Assembly: GCA_016196825.1 (NCBI GenBank)
Contig: JACPWY010000007.1
Location: forward strand, 2,468 to 66,467
Reading direction: 5' to 3'
From: Deltaproteobacteria bacterium
GTDB lineage: Bacteria; Bdellovibrionota; FAC87; UBA2466
Length of the DNA: 64,000 nucleotides
Both the position numbers and the translations under genes were made by a program. Shown piece by piece: positions 29,544 to 40,237 of this stretch. The notes beneath the pieces were generated by a model, which ran no database searches, was not told the DNA's origin, and saw only the letters and a list, made by a program, of their open reading frames with translations. Every line of letters begins with the position of its first letter. The stretch's first letter is position 1.

Positions 29544-30410
29544 GTGGATGGGGTGCAAACACGCGAGTTGAGAGGGCTCGAATCGGGGTGGATTGAGCTC
29601 GGGGAGGAGCACCATCCTATTCTCCTGATGATTCATGGTTATCCGGACACGCCGCTGGTCTGGGAATATCAAACACGCCATTTTGCAAAATCGTTTCAGG
29701 TGATCTGCCCCTTTGTTCGGGGGGAAGGGCCGTCGAAGGGGAGTCGCGATCTGCGCCGCTTTGGTGTGCGCTCTCAATCGCTCGATTTTCTGCAGATGTT
29801 GAAAGAGATTGATCCGTCGGGGGAGAGGCCCGTCTACCTTGTGGGCCACGATCTGGGCGCTGTTCACGCCTGGAATCTGGCGCCGCTGATAGGCCCCCGC
29901 CTCAAGGGTCTCGTAATCTTCAACGGCCTGAGCCTTCTCCAGATGTTGCAAAAACTGAAGAGCCCGCGCCAGCATCTGCGCTCCTGGTACATCTATGGCA
30001 TGCAACTTCCTTGGCTGCCGGGGTTTATCACCCGTCGCTTTCCAGAGCGGCTGGCCCGATTTGCCTATGATCTGGGGCAGCTGCCCAACGAGAAGCGCCC
30101 GGAGGTGGCGGCTGACTCGCTCAGTGTCCCCTTGAAACAGTATCGAGCCTTCTTGCGGGACATGCTTCGGCAAGCTCGTCAGCCTCAGCGTCCTCTGTCG
30201 GCGCCAGTCCTTGTTGTGTGGGGAGAGCGCGATCCATTTTTTAACAATCTGTCGGTGAAGGACTTCGAGGGGTTTGCGGATAACGTCACCGTTCGTTGCC
30301 TGCCGAAGGGGCACTGGGTATTCAGAGAGGAACCCGAGCAGGTGAATCGGCTACTCGAGAATTTTTTTTGGCAGGACCCTACTGGAGGTCATGATGCTCC
30401 CCACAGTTGA
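29544..30410 (+). CDS. Alpha/beta-fold hydrolase (epoxide-hydrolase/haloalkane-dehalogenase-like, Asp nucleophile)
   Basis: HGYPD oxyanion region. Nucleophile elbow VGHDLGA. A C-terminal His in PKGHWV. Confidence 0.7.
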   Translation: MDGVQTRELRGLESGWIELGEEHHPILLMIHGYPDTPLVWEYQTRHFAKSFQVICPFVRGEGPSKGSRDLRRFGVRSQSLDFLQMLKEIDPSGERPVYLVGHDLGAVHAWNLAPLIGPRLKGLVIFNGLSLLQMLQKLKSPRQHLRSWYIYGMQLPWLPGFITRRFPERLARFAYDLGQLPNEKRPEVAADSLSVPLKQYRAFLRDMLRQARQPQRPLSAPVLVVWGERDPFFNNLSVKDFEGFADNVTVRCLPKGHWVFREEPEQVNRLLENFFWQDPTGGHDAPHS

Positions 30411-31242
30411 ACGACTCTATCGTACGGCGACGAAGGTCCAGGCGATTCCCGGCCTTCATTATCTCGTTCCGCCGCCCAATGTGGTGGCCTCCGATGACAC
30501 CAAGGCTGGGTTTCTGGAGTGCCAGCGTCTCGCGCAGGAGGCGGTGAAGGAGGTGGCTTCCTGCATTCGCCCCGGTTGGACCGAGCTCCAGACCGCCGAC
30601 CTCATCGAGACCTATCTGCGCGATCAGGGTGTGCCCCAGTTTTTTCACAAGCCCTACGTGTGGTTTGGTGATCGCAGTCGCTTTGATGGGATCGGTGGGT
30701 ATGCGGCGTTCATGCCGACGGCGAGAGTGCTTCGCGAGGCCGAGCCTTTTATCCTCGACGTGGCCCCGATTCTAAAAGGGTTTATCTCGGACATCGGGTA
30801 CTCCGATTGTCTCGGTGAGAACAAGGAATTTGAAAAAGCGGTCGGGTTTCTCAAGGAGCTCCGGCAGGAAATTCCCACGCTCTTTGTGTCGGGGCGAACG
30901 GGCGGCGAGATCTGTCGCGAAATTGAGAGTCGAATCGAGGGGGCCGGTTATGAGAATCGCCATCGTTGTTATCCATTTGGGGTGATTGGCCACCGAGTCC
31001 ACCGGGTCACGCCGACGAGTGTGACGGCCCACTTTCTGAATTTTGGATGGCAGTCGTTCTGGTCTCTTCTCTCGCGCGGACTTTTGGGACAGCTTTTCAA
31101 TGGAATGACCGAGGGCGATCTCACGGGCCTCTGGGCTATCGAGCCCCATATTGGTGCGAAGGGTTTTGGGGCGAAGTTCGAGGAGATCCTCGTCGTGGAA
31201 AATGGAATGGCGAGTTGGCTGGAGGGTGAGGGATGCTACTAA
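30391..31242 (+). CDS. M24-family (pita-bread fold) metallopeptidase-like protein
   Basis: The C-terminal ...IEPHIGAKGFGAKFEEILVVE... matches the conserved M24 metal-binding block. It overlaps its neighbours by 20 and 10 bp, which suggests co-translation. Confidence 0.5.
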   Translation: MMLPTVERLYRTATKVQAIPGLHYLVPPPNVVASDDTKAGFLECQRLAQEAVKEVASCIRPGWTELQTADLIETYLRDQGVPQFFHKPYVWFGDRSRFDGIGGYAAFMPTARVLREAEPFILDVAPILKGFISDIGYSDCLGENKEFEKAVGFLKELRQEIPTLFVSGRTGGEICREIESRIEGAGYENRHRCYPFGVIGHRVHRVTPTSVTAHFLNFGWQSFWSLLSRGLLGQLFNGMTEGDLTGLWAIEPHIGAKGFGAKFEEILVVENGMASWLEGEGCY

Positions 31243-32048
31243 TCAAAACGGTCGTAATCACCGGCGCCGCGAGCGGCATCGGCCGGGCTTTGTGTGAAGA
31301 GTTTGCGCGTGGGCACCACAGGATTCTCGCGATCGATTGCGACCCCGCTGGGCTAGACGCTTTAAAGGTGAGTTTGGAGGGGAATGGGGCGAGAGTTTCG
31401 ACCGCGGTAGCCGATGTGAGCCAGAAAGCGGAGCTCGAGCGGGCGGTCGACGGACAGCGGGTGGATATCTGGGTCAACAACGCCGGCATTCACGGCAATG
31501 GCGATTTTGAGATCTGTGAAGAGGCTTTCTATCGACAAGTCGTTGGGGTGAATCTTTTCGGGGTCATGCACGGGACACGCATTGCTTTAGATCAGATGGA
31601 AAAGCGAGGGGCCGGAACCATCGTGAACATGGCCTCGGTGGCGGGGCATGTGCCGAGCCCCTTTATGTCGATCTATGGAGCAACCAAGCACGGGGTTGTG
31701 GGGTTCACACGCTCGCTCCAGGCGGAGCTCAAGGTGAAGCGATCGAACACGCGCCTGATTCTGGTCTCGCCCGGTTTTGTGAAGACGCCGCTTTTGGGAA
31801 AGGACGAGCGTTTTCAGTTTCCCAGATACCTGGAGTGGGCGATCTCCACGCCCCAGCAGGTGAGTCGGTCGGTGGTGAGTGCCGTGCGTTCGGGCCGCGC
31901 CGAGGTATTTCCCACGCTCAACGGCAAGGTCATGCGTCGCCTTTTCCAGATGATGCCCGGGGCTGCGGTGCCGATGGGGCGGATGATGTTGTCGGAGAGT
32001 GTCACCGACTACTGGATGAGGCGTCTCAAGAATCCGACGGGCGCGTGA
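31233..32048 (+). CDS. Short-chain dehydrogenase/reductase (SDR)
   Basis: TGAASGIGRA cofactor motif. Catalytic YGATKHGVVGF (YxxxK). Confidence 0.85.
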   Translation: MLLIKTVVITGAASGIGRALCEEFARGHHRILAIDCDPAGLDALKVSLEGNGARVSTAVADVSQKAELERAVDGQRVDIWVNNAGIHGNGDFEICEEAFYRQVVGVNLFGVMHGTRIALDQMEKRGAGTIVNMASVAGHVPSPFMSIYGATKHGVVGFTRSLQAELKVKRSNTRLILVSPGFVKTPLLGKDERFQFPRYLEWAISTPQQVSRSVVSAVRSGRAEVFPTLNGKVMRRLFQMMPGAAVPMGRMMLSESVTDYWMRRLKNPTGA

Positions 32049-32115
32049 TTAGGGTAGGGATGTTGGGACAAGTTGGTCACTTGCGTTCTCCGGGGTGGGG
32101 GTCTAACCTCGCGGC

Positions 32116-32964
32116 ATGAGACGAAAACTCCATTATGAGAACATTTTCTGGATCGGTCTGATCCACATTTTGGCGCTCGCCGCGATTCCGTTTTTCACCT
32201 GGAGTGCGCTCGCCGTTTGTCTGATCATGCTGTTCACGATCTCTCCGATTGGCGTCAACATGACCTATCACCGGCTTCTCACGCATCGGGGATTCAAGGT
32301 GCCGACGTGGCTTGAGTACATTTTTTCCACCATTGCCGCGATGTCGTCGCAGGGGCCAATGATGTTATGGGTGGCCGAGCATCGTTTGCACCACCGCTTC
32401 TCCGACAAGCCGGGAGATCCGCACAGCCCGCGCGAGGGTTTTTGGCACGCGCACATGACCCATCTTTTCTTTCACAAGGATTTTGAAGATGAGAAGAGTC
32501 AGTGGTTGAAATATGTGCCGGATCTGACCTGCCACCCGTACTACCATTTTCTGAATAAGTACTATGTGCTCTTCATCGCTCTGCCGGCTCCTTTCCTGTA
32601 TTTGGCCGGCGGAATGCCCTGGCTCATGTGGGGCATGTTCGTTCGCATTGTGCTCATGTGGCACGTGACCTGGTCGGTGAATTCGATGTGCCATCGATTT
32701 GGCTACTCGAATTACGACACGAAAGATCTGTCCACGAATTTCTGGCTCACCGGCCTGGTGGGTGCGGGTGAAGGGTGGCACAACAACCACCACGCTCAAC
32801 CAGCCTGTGCCTCCCATGGCCATTATTGGTACGAGTTGGATTTTACCTATGGACTCATCCGGGGTCTTGAGCTTCTGGGCCTTGCGACCGAGGTGAGGCG
32901 TCCGGTTCGGGATCGGAAAGTCATCACCGCGGAGAACTACCAGATGGCTCCCGAGCCAGCGTAG
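32116..32964 (+). CDS. Acyl-CoA (delta-9-type) fatty acid desaturase
   Basis: Three His boxes, HRLLTH, HRLHHRFSD and HNNHHA, with four TM helices. Confidence 0.85.
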   Translation: MRRKLHYENIFWIGLIHILALAAIPFFTWSALAVCLIMLFTISPIGVNMTYHRLLTHRGFKVPTWLEYIFSTIAAMSSQGPMMLWVAEHRLHHRFSDKPGDPHSPREGFWHAHMTHLFFHKDFEDEKSQWLKYVPDLTCHPYYHFLNKYYVLFIALPAPFLYLAGGMPWLMWGMFVRIVLMWHVTWSVNSMCHRFGYSNYDTKDLSTNFWLTGLVGAGEGWHNNHHAQPACASHGHYWYELDFTYGLIRGLELLGLATEVRRPVRDRKVITAENYQMAPEPA

Positions 32965-32973
32965 GACTGACCT

Positions 32974-35166
32974 GTGCAGCAGCCGCCCTCGGAAAATCTT
33001 CAGGGCGCCGTTGAACGCGTTACCTTTCACAGTGAAGAGAGTGGCTATTGCGTTGTGAAGATCCGGGCCAAGGGGCACCGGGAACTCATCACGCTCCTGG
33101 GCCATTTGCCGTCGATTTCGGCGGGGGAGCACATCGAAGCCACCGGCGAGTGGGTGCAACACCCCGAGTATGGATCGCAGTTTCGGGCAGCCACGCTTCG
33201 ATCCATTCCGCCCACCACTCTCGAAGGGATCGAGCGCTATTTGGGATCGGGGCTCATCAAAGGGATTGGGCCTCAGTTTGCCAAGCGGCTCGTCGAGACC
33301 TTTGGCGACGATGTGCTCGATGTGATCGAAAACGATCCGAGGCGATTGAGGAAGGTGCCGGGAATCGGGCCGACGCGAATTGGAAAAATATCTCAGGCGT
33401 GGCGCGAGCAGAAAGTTGTGCGTGACATCATGGTCTTTCTCCAATCGCATGGGGTCTCGACCCTTAAAGCGGCTCGGATCTATAAAACCTATGGCCAAAA
33501 TGCGATCGAGCGGGTGAAGCAGAATCCTTACCACCTGGCTCGGGATGTGAGCGGAATTGGATTTAAGAGCGCCGATCAGATCGCGCGCGATCTCGGTGTG
33601 CCGGACAACTCGATCGTGCGCGCGCGAGCGGGTTTGCAGCACGTTCTTTCCGAACAGATTTCGCACGGTCACTGCGCCTTCCCTGTCGATGAATTAATCC
33701 CTAAGGCGGGGGAGCTACTTCAGATCGACACCGCCACGCTGACTGAGGCGCTTCGTTTAGAGATTGGTGAGGGGGACCTGATCGAAGAACGAATCGATGA
33801 GCGAGTGTGTGTCTTTAATAAAAGACTCCTCTTCCACGAGAAGGGAGTGGCTTTGGAGTTCATGCGAATCGCAGAGGGGGTCTTGCCCTGGGCGGGGCTC
33901 GACACCAAAAAGGCCATTGTGTGGGTGGAGGAGAGCCTTAGGATTTCGCTCGCTGACCTTCAGAGGGAGGCGATCGAAAAGGCACTCAGTTCGAAAGTCT
34001 TGGTGATCACCGGCGGGCCGGGAACGGGTAAAACCACGCTCACCCGGTCGCTTGTGACGATTCTCGCTTCGAAGCGAGTGAGGCTGGCGCTGTGCTCGCC
34101 GACGGGGCGGGCGGCGAAGCGCTTGAGCGAGTGTACGGGGCTCCAGGCGAAGACGATCCATCGGCTCCTCGAGGTGGATGGGGCCAACGGTGGATTCTTG
34201 CGCGATCGGGGAAACTCGCTTGAGGCCGATCTCATTATCGTGGATGAGGCCTCGATGGTGGATGTGACGCTGATGCACTGTCTGCTCCAGGCGATTCCTT
34301 CACAGGCGGCGCTGCTCATCGTGGGGGATGCCGATCAGTTGCCCTCGGTCGGTCCGGGCCGTGTGCTCGGTTCGCTCATCAAGTCGGGCGCTGTGCCGGT
34401 TGTTCGTCTGACGCAGGTGTTTCGTCAGGCTGCCGTGAGCCGTATCATCACCAATGCTCATCGGGTGAATGAAGGAAAGATGCCCGAAGTAACCAATTCG
34501 GATCCCCAGTCCGATTTTTTCTTTCTCGAATCCGAGAACCCCGCCGATATCCTTCGGCTAGTCGTGGATCTGGTGAAGCGCCGATTGCCGCAAAAGTATG
34601 GCTGCGATCCCAAGCGCGATATTCAGGTGCTTTGTCCAATGAATCGCGGGGGGCTCGGGACGCGATCACTGAACACCGAACTTCAGAAGGCGCTCAATCC
34701 CGATCCGAGCGCGAAGGTCGAAAAGTTTGGAATCACATTCGGGGTCGGTGACAAGGTCATGGTGATCCAGAACGACTACGATAAAGATGTTTTCAACGGC
34801 GACATCGGATGGATCACCAAGCTCGACACCGAAGAGCAGATCGCGACGGTTGAGCTCGATGATCGAGCGGTGGAGTTCGCCTTCTCGGAGCTCGATATCC
34901 TGGCGCTCGCCTATTCTATTTCGATCCACAAATCGCAGGGGTCGGAGTATCCGATTGTGGTGATCCCGCTGGCCACCCAGCACGCCGTGATGCTCAAGCG
35001 CAACCTGATCTACACCGGAATGACACGCGGCAAGAAACTCGTCGTCATGGTGGGGCAGCGGAAGGCGTTGGCGATGGCGGTTGATTCGCGGGATCAGGGG
35101 CGCCGTTGGGACAATCTAGCAGCGCGTCTCGTCGCCTCTCCCAGGCCGGTTTCCGATTTCCAATAA
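32974..35166 (+). CDS. recD2: RecD2-type SF1B DNA helicase
   Basis: Walker A GGPGTGKTT. DEAS box IVDEASMVD. GDADQLPSVGPG. C-terminal TIHKSQGSEYP and YTGMTRGKK. Confidence 0.85.
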   Translation: MQQPPSENLQGAVERVTFHSEESGYCVVKIRAKGHRELITLLGHLPSISAGEHIEATGEWVQHPEYGSQFRAATLRSIPPTTLEGIERYLGSGLIKGIGPQFAKRLVETFGDDVLDVIENDPRRLRKVPGIGPTRIGKISQAWREQKVVRDIMVFLQSHGVSTLKAARIYKTYGQNAIERVKQNPYHLARDVSGIGFKSADQIARDLGVPDNSIVRARAGLQHVLSEQISHGHCAFPVDELIPKAGELLQIDTATLTEALRLEIGEGDLIEERIDERVCVFNKRLLFHEKGVALEFMRIAEGVLPWAGLDTKKAIVWVEESLRISLADLQREAIEKALSSKVLVITGGPGTGKTTLTRSLVTILASKRVRLALCSPTGRAAKRLSECTGLQAKTIHRLLEVDGANGGFLRDRGNSLEADLIIVDEASMVDVTLMHCLLQAIPSQAALLIVGDADQLPSVGPGRVLGSLIKSGAVPVVRLTQVFRQAAVSRIITNAHRVNEGKMPEVTNSDPQSDFFFLESENPADILRLVVDLVKRRLPQKYGCDPKRDIQVLCPMNRGGLGTRSLNTELQKALNPDPSAKVEKFGITFGVGDKVMVIQNDYDKDVFNGDIGWITKLDTEEQIATVELDDRAVEFAFSELDILALAYSISIHKSQGSEYPIVVIPLATQHAVMLKRNLIYTGMTRGKKLVVMVGQRKALAMAVDSRDQGRRWDNLAARLVASPRPVSDFQ

Positions 35167-35192
35167 GAGACGCTTCCACTAAAATTGGAACT

Positions 35193-37880
35193 ATGCAAAA
35201 AATCTTGGGGTGGACGTTCGTTTTGGCAAGCAGGTGTCTGTGGGCCGACGCGATGCTACCCGGCGTTGAGTCGTCGGAGATCGGTAGCCTAGTCGCCGGT
35301 TACATTGGCCAGCTCACTCTCCCGGGTAAGGTGGAGCATCACAAGAAAATTGCGGCGCTGGTCGCCAAAAACTCGAAGTATCAAAGAGCCTTGCTTGCGA
35401 CACTCGTGAAGCAGAGCCAGGTGCAGGGCCTGGAGCCACTCAAGAAGTTGTTGCCCGCTCCGCTCGCCGCGCTTGAGAAGGCGTTACCAGCGGCCCCGAA
35501 TGCGAGCCTCTTCGGAGGCGGATTGATCGCGCCCCCCACGGGAACCTGGCTCATGCCAATCCCATTTCTTGAAGACTCTCCGCTTGAGGCGAGTGTCGCG
35601 ACCGGTGTGAAGAGCCATATCCTCTCGCCTGACGAGGTGCTTGAGCTTCAACGCAATCCCGGTTGGCTCTGTCTCCCCGACGGCCAGGCGGTGCGTACGG
35701 ATGCTGTTGTCCGCATGGTCTATCCGCGCAAAAGAGCCGAGCGGGAACGGCTTGAAAAGGGGGATGCCGAGAGCGCGATCAACGATTGGCGCGATCTGCT
35801 CAAATCCGCCGATGCCGGCAGCAATTCCGATGAGCAGCTTAAGATCGGTCTCGACAATTTTTGCCTAAAGCATCCGCTGAGCCCCCAGTGTGACCTGGCG
35901 GAAAAGGCGATTACGCCTCCCGTCGCCAAAGGAAAGGCGCCGATTGAAACGGGCCTCCTCGCCATGGCCGGGTCCGAGAACTCTGAGCAGAGGGACCTCT
36001 ACCAGCGCACGCTTCTCAAGATGGCGAGGCCCGATCTGGACGCCTTTCGAAAAAGGGTTCTTCTCGATCCGTCCGGTGAACACGCCTGCACCGTCATGCA
36101 CCTCTCCGATCCCCACCGGCTTTCGAAAGGTCTGAAGGCAGTCAGTCCGTCGCACGCGATGACGCCGGTTTTGATGAGACTTTTGCCTGAGCTTGCGGCC
36201 AATGGCGACCAGGGGGGCCTCGCGCGTGTGGCTCCGTGGATCAATGATTCGGCGATTCCATCGCTGGTGAAGAGGCTTTCGAGCGCATCGGAGGAGTCAC
36301 GCACCTTTTCCGCCGATATTTTGGGAAACTTCGGTGTGCGTGTCGTGGCGGCCTTGATTGCGGCACTCAATGACTTGGATCCCAATGTGCGACTGGGGGC
36401 CGCCCATGCCCTGGGGAAGATTGGCGAGAAGGCCGAGCCTTCCGTGTTCACACTGACCCGTTTGATCAAGGATCCTGAGAGCAAGATGCGGCAGAATGTG
36501 GCAGAGGCTCTGGGAAAAATCGGAAAGAAGGCGGCCAAGGCAATCCCCGCTCTCACCGAAGCGCTCGCGGATGCCGATGCTGGCGTAAAGGCCAATGCGG
36601 CAGAGGCGATCGGAGCCATCGGAGGAAACGCCCAAGAGCTCGTGCTGCCGCTCACAAAACTTTTAGCCGATTCCACTCCTCTCGTGCGCGCGAGTGCGGC
36701 GGCGGCGCTTGGAAAATTTGGCAACGCGGCCACCTCAGCCGTTCCAGCTTTGGTTCTTTTATTGAAAGATTCCGAAAAATTCGTGAAGCTCAATGCTTCG
36801 GAGGCACTGGGACTGATCGGAGCCGAATCGTCTGTGGCTCTCTTTGATGGGTTAGCGAGTGAAGATGAGACGATGCGTGAGATATTGACGGCCGGTATCG
36901 TGAAGCTAGGCCGAAAGGCGGTGCCGTTACTTATCAAGGAGGTTTCCAATGCGAGTGCGGCCGTCCGTGCCTCGGCGATCGGAGCGTTGGGAAAAATTGG
37001 CGACCAGGCTGCGGCCGAGTCCACGTCAATTGTGGCGGAGGCCATGACAGACGATAGCGGTTTGGTGCGGGCCACGGCGGCCGACACTTTGGGGGCCTTT
37101 GGCCCGAAGGCGTCTATCGCGATTCTGGCCCTGATCAAAGGTCTCGAAGACACCGATGAGAATGTGGCGACGAGCGCCTCGATGGCACTCTCTCAGATGG
37201 GGCCCGAGGCCTATGGCCCCGTGATTGGAGTTTTTTCGCATCCGAAAAAGGAGGTGCGCAAACTTGCTGCGGAATCGTTGGGCACGATGAAGGAGACCGT
37301 GATCCCTGTTTTGGTGGCTGCATTGAACGATCGCAATGAGACTGTGCGAGAATACTCGGCCATGACGCTCGGACTGATGGGTGAGCGTGCGGGTTCTGCC
37401 GTGCCTGCTCTTATGAAGTGTGCGGAAAATGAGGCCAGTTCGGTTCGCCGTTCTTCGGCTGAAGCGCTTGGGAAAATGGGAGGGCGGGCCATTGCGAGCA
37501 TTCCGTCGCTCACGCATCTTCTTCGGGATAAAGCCAAAGAGGTGCGCGAGAGTGCGGCCGCGGGGCTCCACAAGATGGGGCGCTTAGCGACGGGAGCGAT
37601 TCCTGCTTTGACCGAGGCGTTGAGCGATGACAACGATGTGGTCCGGTATTGGGCTTCAAAGGCTCTCCAAAATTTTGGCCCTAAGGCGGCGGACGCCGTG
37701 CCCGCGCTCACCTTGGCGCTCGCCGATGAGACCGAAACGGTCCGTGCCAATGCGGCCAAGGCTCTGGGAACCATAGGGCTCAGGGCCAAAACGGCGATGC
37801 CCCAGCTCGGGAAGGCGCTCGACGACACCGACAAACACGTGCGATCGAACGCTCAGTGGGCGCTGGAGCAGCTGCGCTAG
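35193..37880 (+). CDS. Secreted HEAT/PBS-lyase-repeat protein (over 25 tandem repeats)
   Basis: A signal-peptide-like start MQKILGWTFVLASRCLWA. The C-terminal 550 aa is built of about 31-aa units (...VRxxAAxALGKIGxxAxxAIPALxxxLxD...). The ORF is open from 35106. Confidence 0.7.
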   Translation: MQKILGWTFVLASRCLWADAMLPGVESSEIGSLVAGYIGQLTLPGKVEHHKKIAALVAKNSKYQRALLATLVKQSQVQGLEPLKKLLPAPLAALEKALPAAPNASLFGGGLIAPPTGTWLMPIPFLEDSPLEASVATGVKSHILSPDEVLELQRNPGWLCLPDGQAVRTDAVVRMVYPRKRAERERLEKGDAESAINDWRDLLKSADAGSNSDEQLKIGLDNFCLKHPLSPQCDLAEKAITPPVAKGKAPIETGLLAMAGSENSEQRDLYQRTLLKMARPDLDAFRKRVLLDPSGEHACTVMHLSDPHRLSKGLKAVSPSHAMTPVLMRLLPELAANGDQGGLARVAPWINDSAIPSLVKRLSSASEESRTFSADILGNFGVRVVAALIAALNDLDPNVRLGAAHALGKIGEKAEPSVFTLTRLIKDPESKMRQNVAEALGKIGKKAAKAIPALTEALADADAGVKANAAEAIGAIGGNAQELVLPLTKLLADSTPLVRASAAAALGKFGNAATSAVPALVLLLKDSEKFVKLNASEALGLIGAESSVALFDGLASEDETMREILTAGIVKLGRKAVPLLIKEVSNASAAVRASAIGALGKIGDQAAAESTSIVAEAMTDDSGLVRATAADTLGAFGPKASIAILALIKGLEDTDENVATSASMALSQMGPEAYGPVIGVFSHPKKEVRKLAAESLGTMKETVIPVLVAALNDRNETVREYSAMTLGLMGERAGSAVPALMKCAENEASSVRRSSAEALGKMGGRAIASIPSLTHLLRDKAKEVRESAAAGLHKMGRLATGAIPALTEALSDDNDVVRYWASKALQNFGPKAADAVPALTLALADETETVRANAAKALGTIGLRAKTAMPQLGKALDDTDKHVRSNAQWALEQLR

Positions 37881-38042
37881 TGTCCTGAGTCGTATATTTC
37901 GTTACATATTCGCGAGGGGATTCGCCCGGCATGCGAGGAAGAAAGGCGCCGACGTACTGCCTGTACGTCAAGCCTTTCTGACGAAGCAGGCCGGGATGAA
38001 GCACCCGCGATTTGTAACGAAATATACGACTCAGGACACTAG
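37877..38042. repeat. Perfect 30-bp inverted repeat arms with about 106-bp spacer forming a large potential stem-loop between convergent genes; likely bidirectional terminator or miniature palindromic element
   Basis: The left arm ctagtgtcctgagtcgtatatttcgttaca (37877-37906) is the exact reverse complement of the right arm (38013-38042). The arms include the TAG stops of both flanking genes. The spacer contains an inner imperfect palindrome (gaaaggcgccgacgtac / gtacgtcaagcctttc). Confidence 0.8.
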
Positions 38043-40147
38043 CCCGAGAATTTTCTAAGACGAAGAGAATTGGCGACGACGGAAATTGAGCTCAGGGCCA
38101 TCGCTCCTGCGGCGACCATGGGGTTGAGAAGCCCGAGCGCTGCGACCGGAATCGCCACGACATTGTAGAGGAAAGCCCAGAAGAGGTTCTGCCTAATAAT
38201 CCCCACCGTCCGATCCGAAAGCTCGATGGCTAGCCCGACTCGGGCAATGTCGCCCTTCAGCAGCGCAATCGACGCCGTTTCGAGGGCCACATCGGTGCCC
38301 GACCCCAAGGCAAAGCTGACATCGGCTTGAGCGAGCGCCGGGGCGTCGTTGATCCCATCACCCACCATTCCGATGATCTTGCCGGAGACTTGGAGCTTCT
38401 TGATGAGATCCGCTTTTTCAGAGGGAAGGCAAGGGGCTATCACCTCGTCGATTCCCAGCTCCTGAGCGACGTCGATGGCGGTGATTCGATGGTCGCCGCT
38501 GGCCATCACGGTGTGGATACCCAGGCGGCGGATGTGGTTAAGGGCGACCCAGGCCTTAGGTCGAATGGTGTCGGCGATTCCAAAGAGAGCGGTCAAGCGT
38601 CCGCTGACTGCCAAAAAGACCACCGTCTTTCCCTGGGCGCGATAGCGGTTGACCCGATCCTTGAGCTCGGGTTCGAGATTCGAGACTTCAGTGAAGCTTT
38701 CGTTCCCCATTCTCACCATCTGACCGGAAATCGTCCCCTGCACGCCGAGTCCCGGTGTTACTTGAAAATCGCTGAGGATCATTTCATGAGCGTCGTGGGC
38801 GCGGCAGTATTGCTTGATGGCCCGAGCGAGCGGATGCTCCGAGGCCGATTCCAACGTGAGCGCGAAGGAGAGTGACTCCTCCGCTCCTTCTTTCACCCAG
38901 GCGTCAGTGATTTCAGCCGTGCCTTGCGTGAGGGTGCCCGTCTTGTCGAATACGAGAACATCGATCTTCTGGGCGAGCTCAAGGCTTTCAGCATTGCGGA
39001 TCACTATCCCCAGTTCGGCGGCACGCCCGGTGCCAACTAGGATCGCTGTGGGGGTGGCCAGTCCAAGGGCGCAAGGGCAGGCAATCACTAGAACCGCCAC
39101 GGCTGAGAGGATCGCCTTCTCCCAGCCCTGTCCCCCTGACACCCAAAGCGCGAGTGTGGCAAAGGAAACAACGAGAACGGCCGGAACAAAGCGCCGGCTC
39201 ACCGAATCGGCGAGCCGCTGAATAGGCGCTTTCGAGGACTGGGCCGACTCGACGAGACGGATAATCTTCTGGAGGACCGTGTCCGCGCCAACCTTTTCCG
39301 CCCGCATTGCGAGGCGACCGTCGACATTGAGTGTGGCTGCCCATACGCTGTCGCCGGGTACCTTCGTCACGGGGAGACTCTCCCCGGTCAGCATCGATTC
39401 ATTGACTGAACTGCGGCCCGAGGTGATCACGCCATCGACAGGGATCGCCTCGCCGGGCCGGATCACGACGGTGTCGCCCGAGCTGATCGCGGAGGCAGCA
39501 ATCTCGATCTCTTGCCCGTCTTTTAAGATCGTGCTGCGAGCGGGAGCCAGAGAGAGAAGGCTCTTGATGGCAGCGGCGGCACGCCCCTTGGCTCGGTCCT
39601 CGAGGCAGCGCCCCAGAAGAATGAGCGTAATGATGACGGCCGCTCCCTCGAAATAGAGTTGGTGCAGCCCAGTGATGAGAGAGTAAACGCTGAAAGCGAA
39701 AGCGGCCGACGTGCCAAGCGCCACCAGAGTGTCCATGTTGGCGGAGAGGTGGCGCGCGAGTCGATGGGCGGTGGCGTAGAAATCGCGGCCGGCCCAGAGG
39801 ACTGGCAACGTGAGAAAGAGTTGGAGCCATTCGATCCACCAGGAATTATTCATCGACATGGATAGGATGAAAACGGGGGTGGTGAAACCTAGAGCGACCC
39901 AGAATCTTCGCCAGAGGGTTTTCGATTCGATGTCTGAACGGTCGGTGAAAGAGGGGTGGTATCCGAGTTCTTCGACGGCGCGGAAAACCTGGTGAGTCGA
40001 GACACTCCCGAGGACGGCCGCTCGACGCGTCGCGAGGTTCACGGTGGCGCTCTGGACACCGGGGATCGTCTTCAGGCGATTCTCAATTTTCTGAGCGCAG
40101 GAGGCGCAGTGCATGCCCTCCACATTGAATGAGAGTTCCGTCGACAC
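38039..40147 (-). CDS. copA: Copper-translocating P1B-type ATPase
   Basis: HMA domain [41 protein letters not shown]. Confidence 0.9.
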   Translation of the reverse strand: MSTELSFNVEGMHCASCAQKIENRLKTIPGVQSATVNLATRRAAVLGSVSTHQVFRAVEELGYHPSFTDRSDIESKTLWRRFWVALGFTTPVFILSMSMNNSWWIEWLQLFLTLPVLWAGRDFYATAHRLARHLSANMDTLVALGTSAAFAFSVYSLITGLHQLYFEGAAVIITLILLGRCLEDRAKGRAAAAIKSLLSLAPARSTILKDGQEIEIAASAISSGDTVVIRPGEAIPVDGVITSGRSSVNESMLTGESLPVTKVPGDSVWAATLNVDGRLAMRAEKVGADTVLQKIIRLVESAQSSKAPIQRLADSVSRRFVPAVLVVSFATLALWVSGGQGWEKAILSAVAVLVIACPCALGLATPTAILVGTGRAAELGIVIRNAESLELAQKIDVLVFDKTGTLTQGTAEITDAWVKEGAEESLSFALTLESASEHPLARAIKQYCRAHDAHEMILSDFQVTPGLGVQGTISGQMVRMGNESFTEVSNLEPELKDRVNRYRAQGKTVVFLAVSGRLTALFGIADTIRPKAWVALNHIRRLGIHTVMASGDHRITAIDVAQELGIDEVIAPCLPSEKADLIKKLQVSGKIIGMVGDGINDAPALAQADVSFALGSGTDVALETASIALLKGDIARVGLAIELSDRTVGIIRQNLFWAFLYNVVAIPVAALGLLNPMVAAGAMALSSISVVANSLRLRKFSG

Positions 40148-40237
40148 AGCTCGCTAGTCTACAGCAACTCCCGCCTTTAGGCTTGCCGTCCCATGGCACC
40201 TTCGTTACGATTTTTTCGGAAATCGAACAGGGAGAAT

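Noticed and set aside
29355-30314. 319-aa minus-strand ORF
   Set aside because: It is antisense to the alpha/beta hydrolase gene, which has the GHDLG nucleophile elbow. There is no motif support.
32365-33672. 435-aa minus-strand ORF
   Set aside because: It is antisense to the desaturase (His boxes) and the start of recD2. It has no motifs and an Arg-rich composition typical of GC-rich antisense frames.
35999-37834. Several 200-380-aa minus-strand ORFs
   Set aside because: They are antisense to the HEAT-repeat gene. Their repetitive Ala/Ser-rich sequence mirrors the sense repeats.
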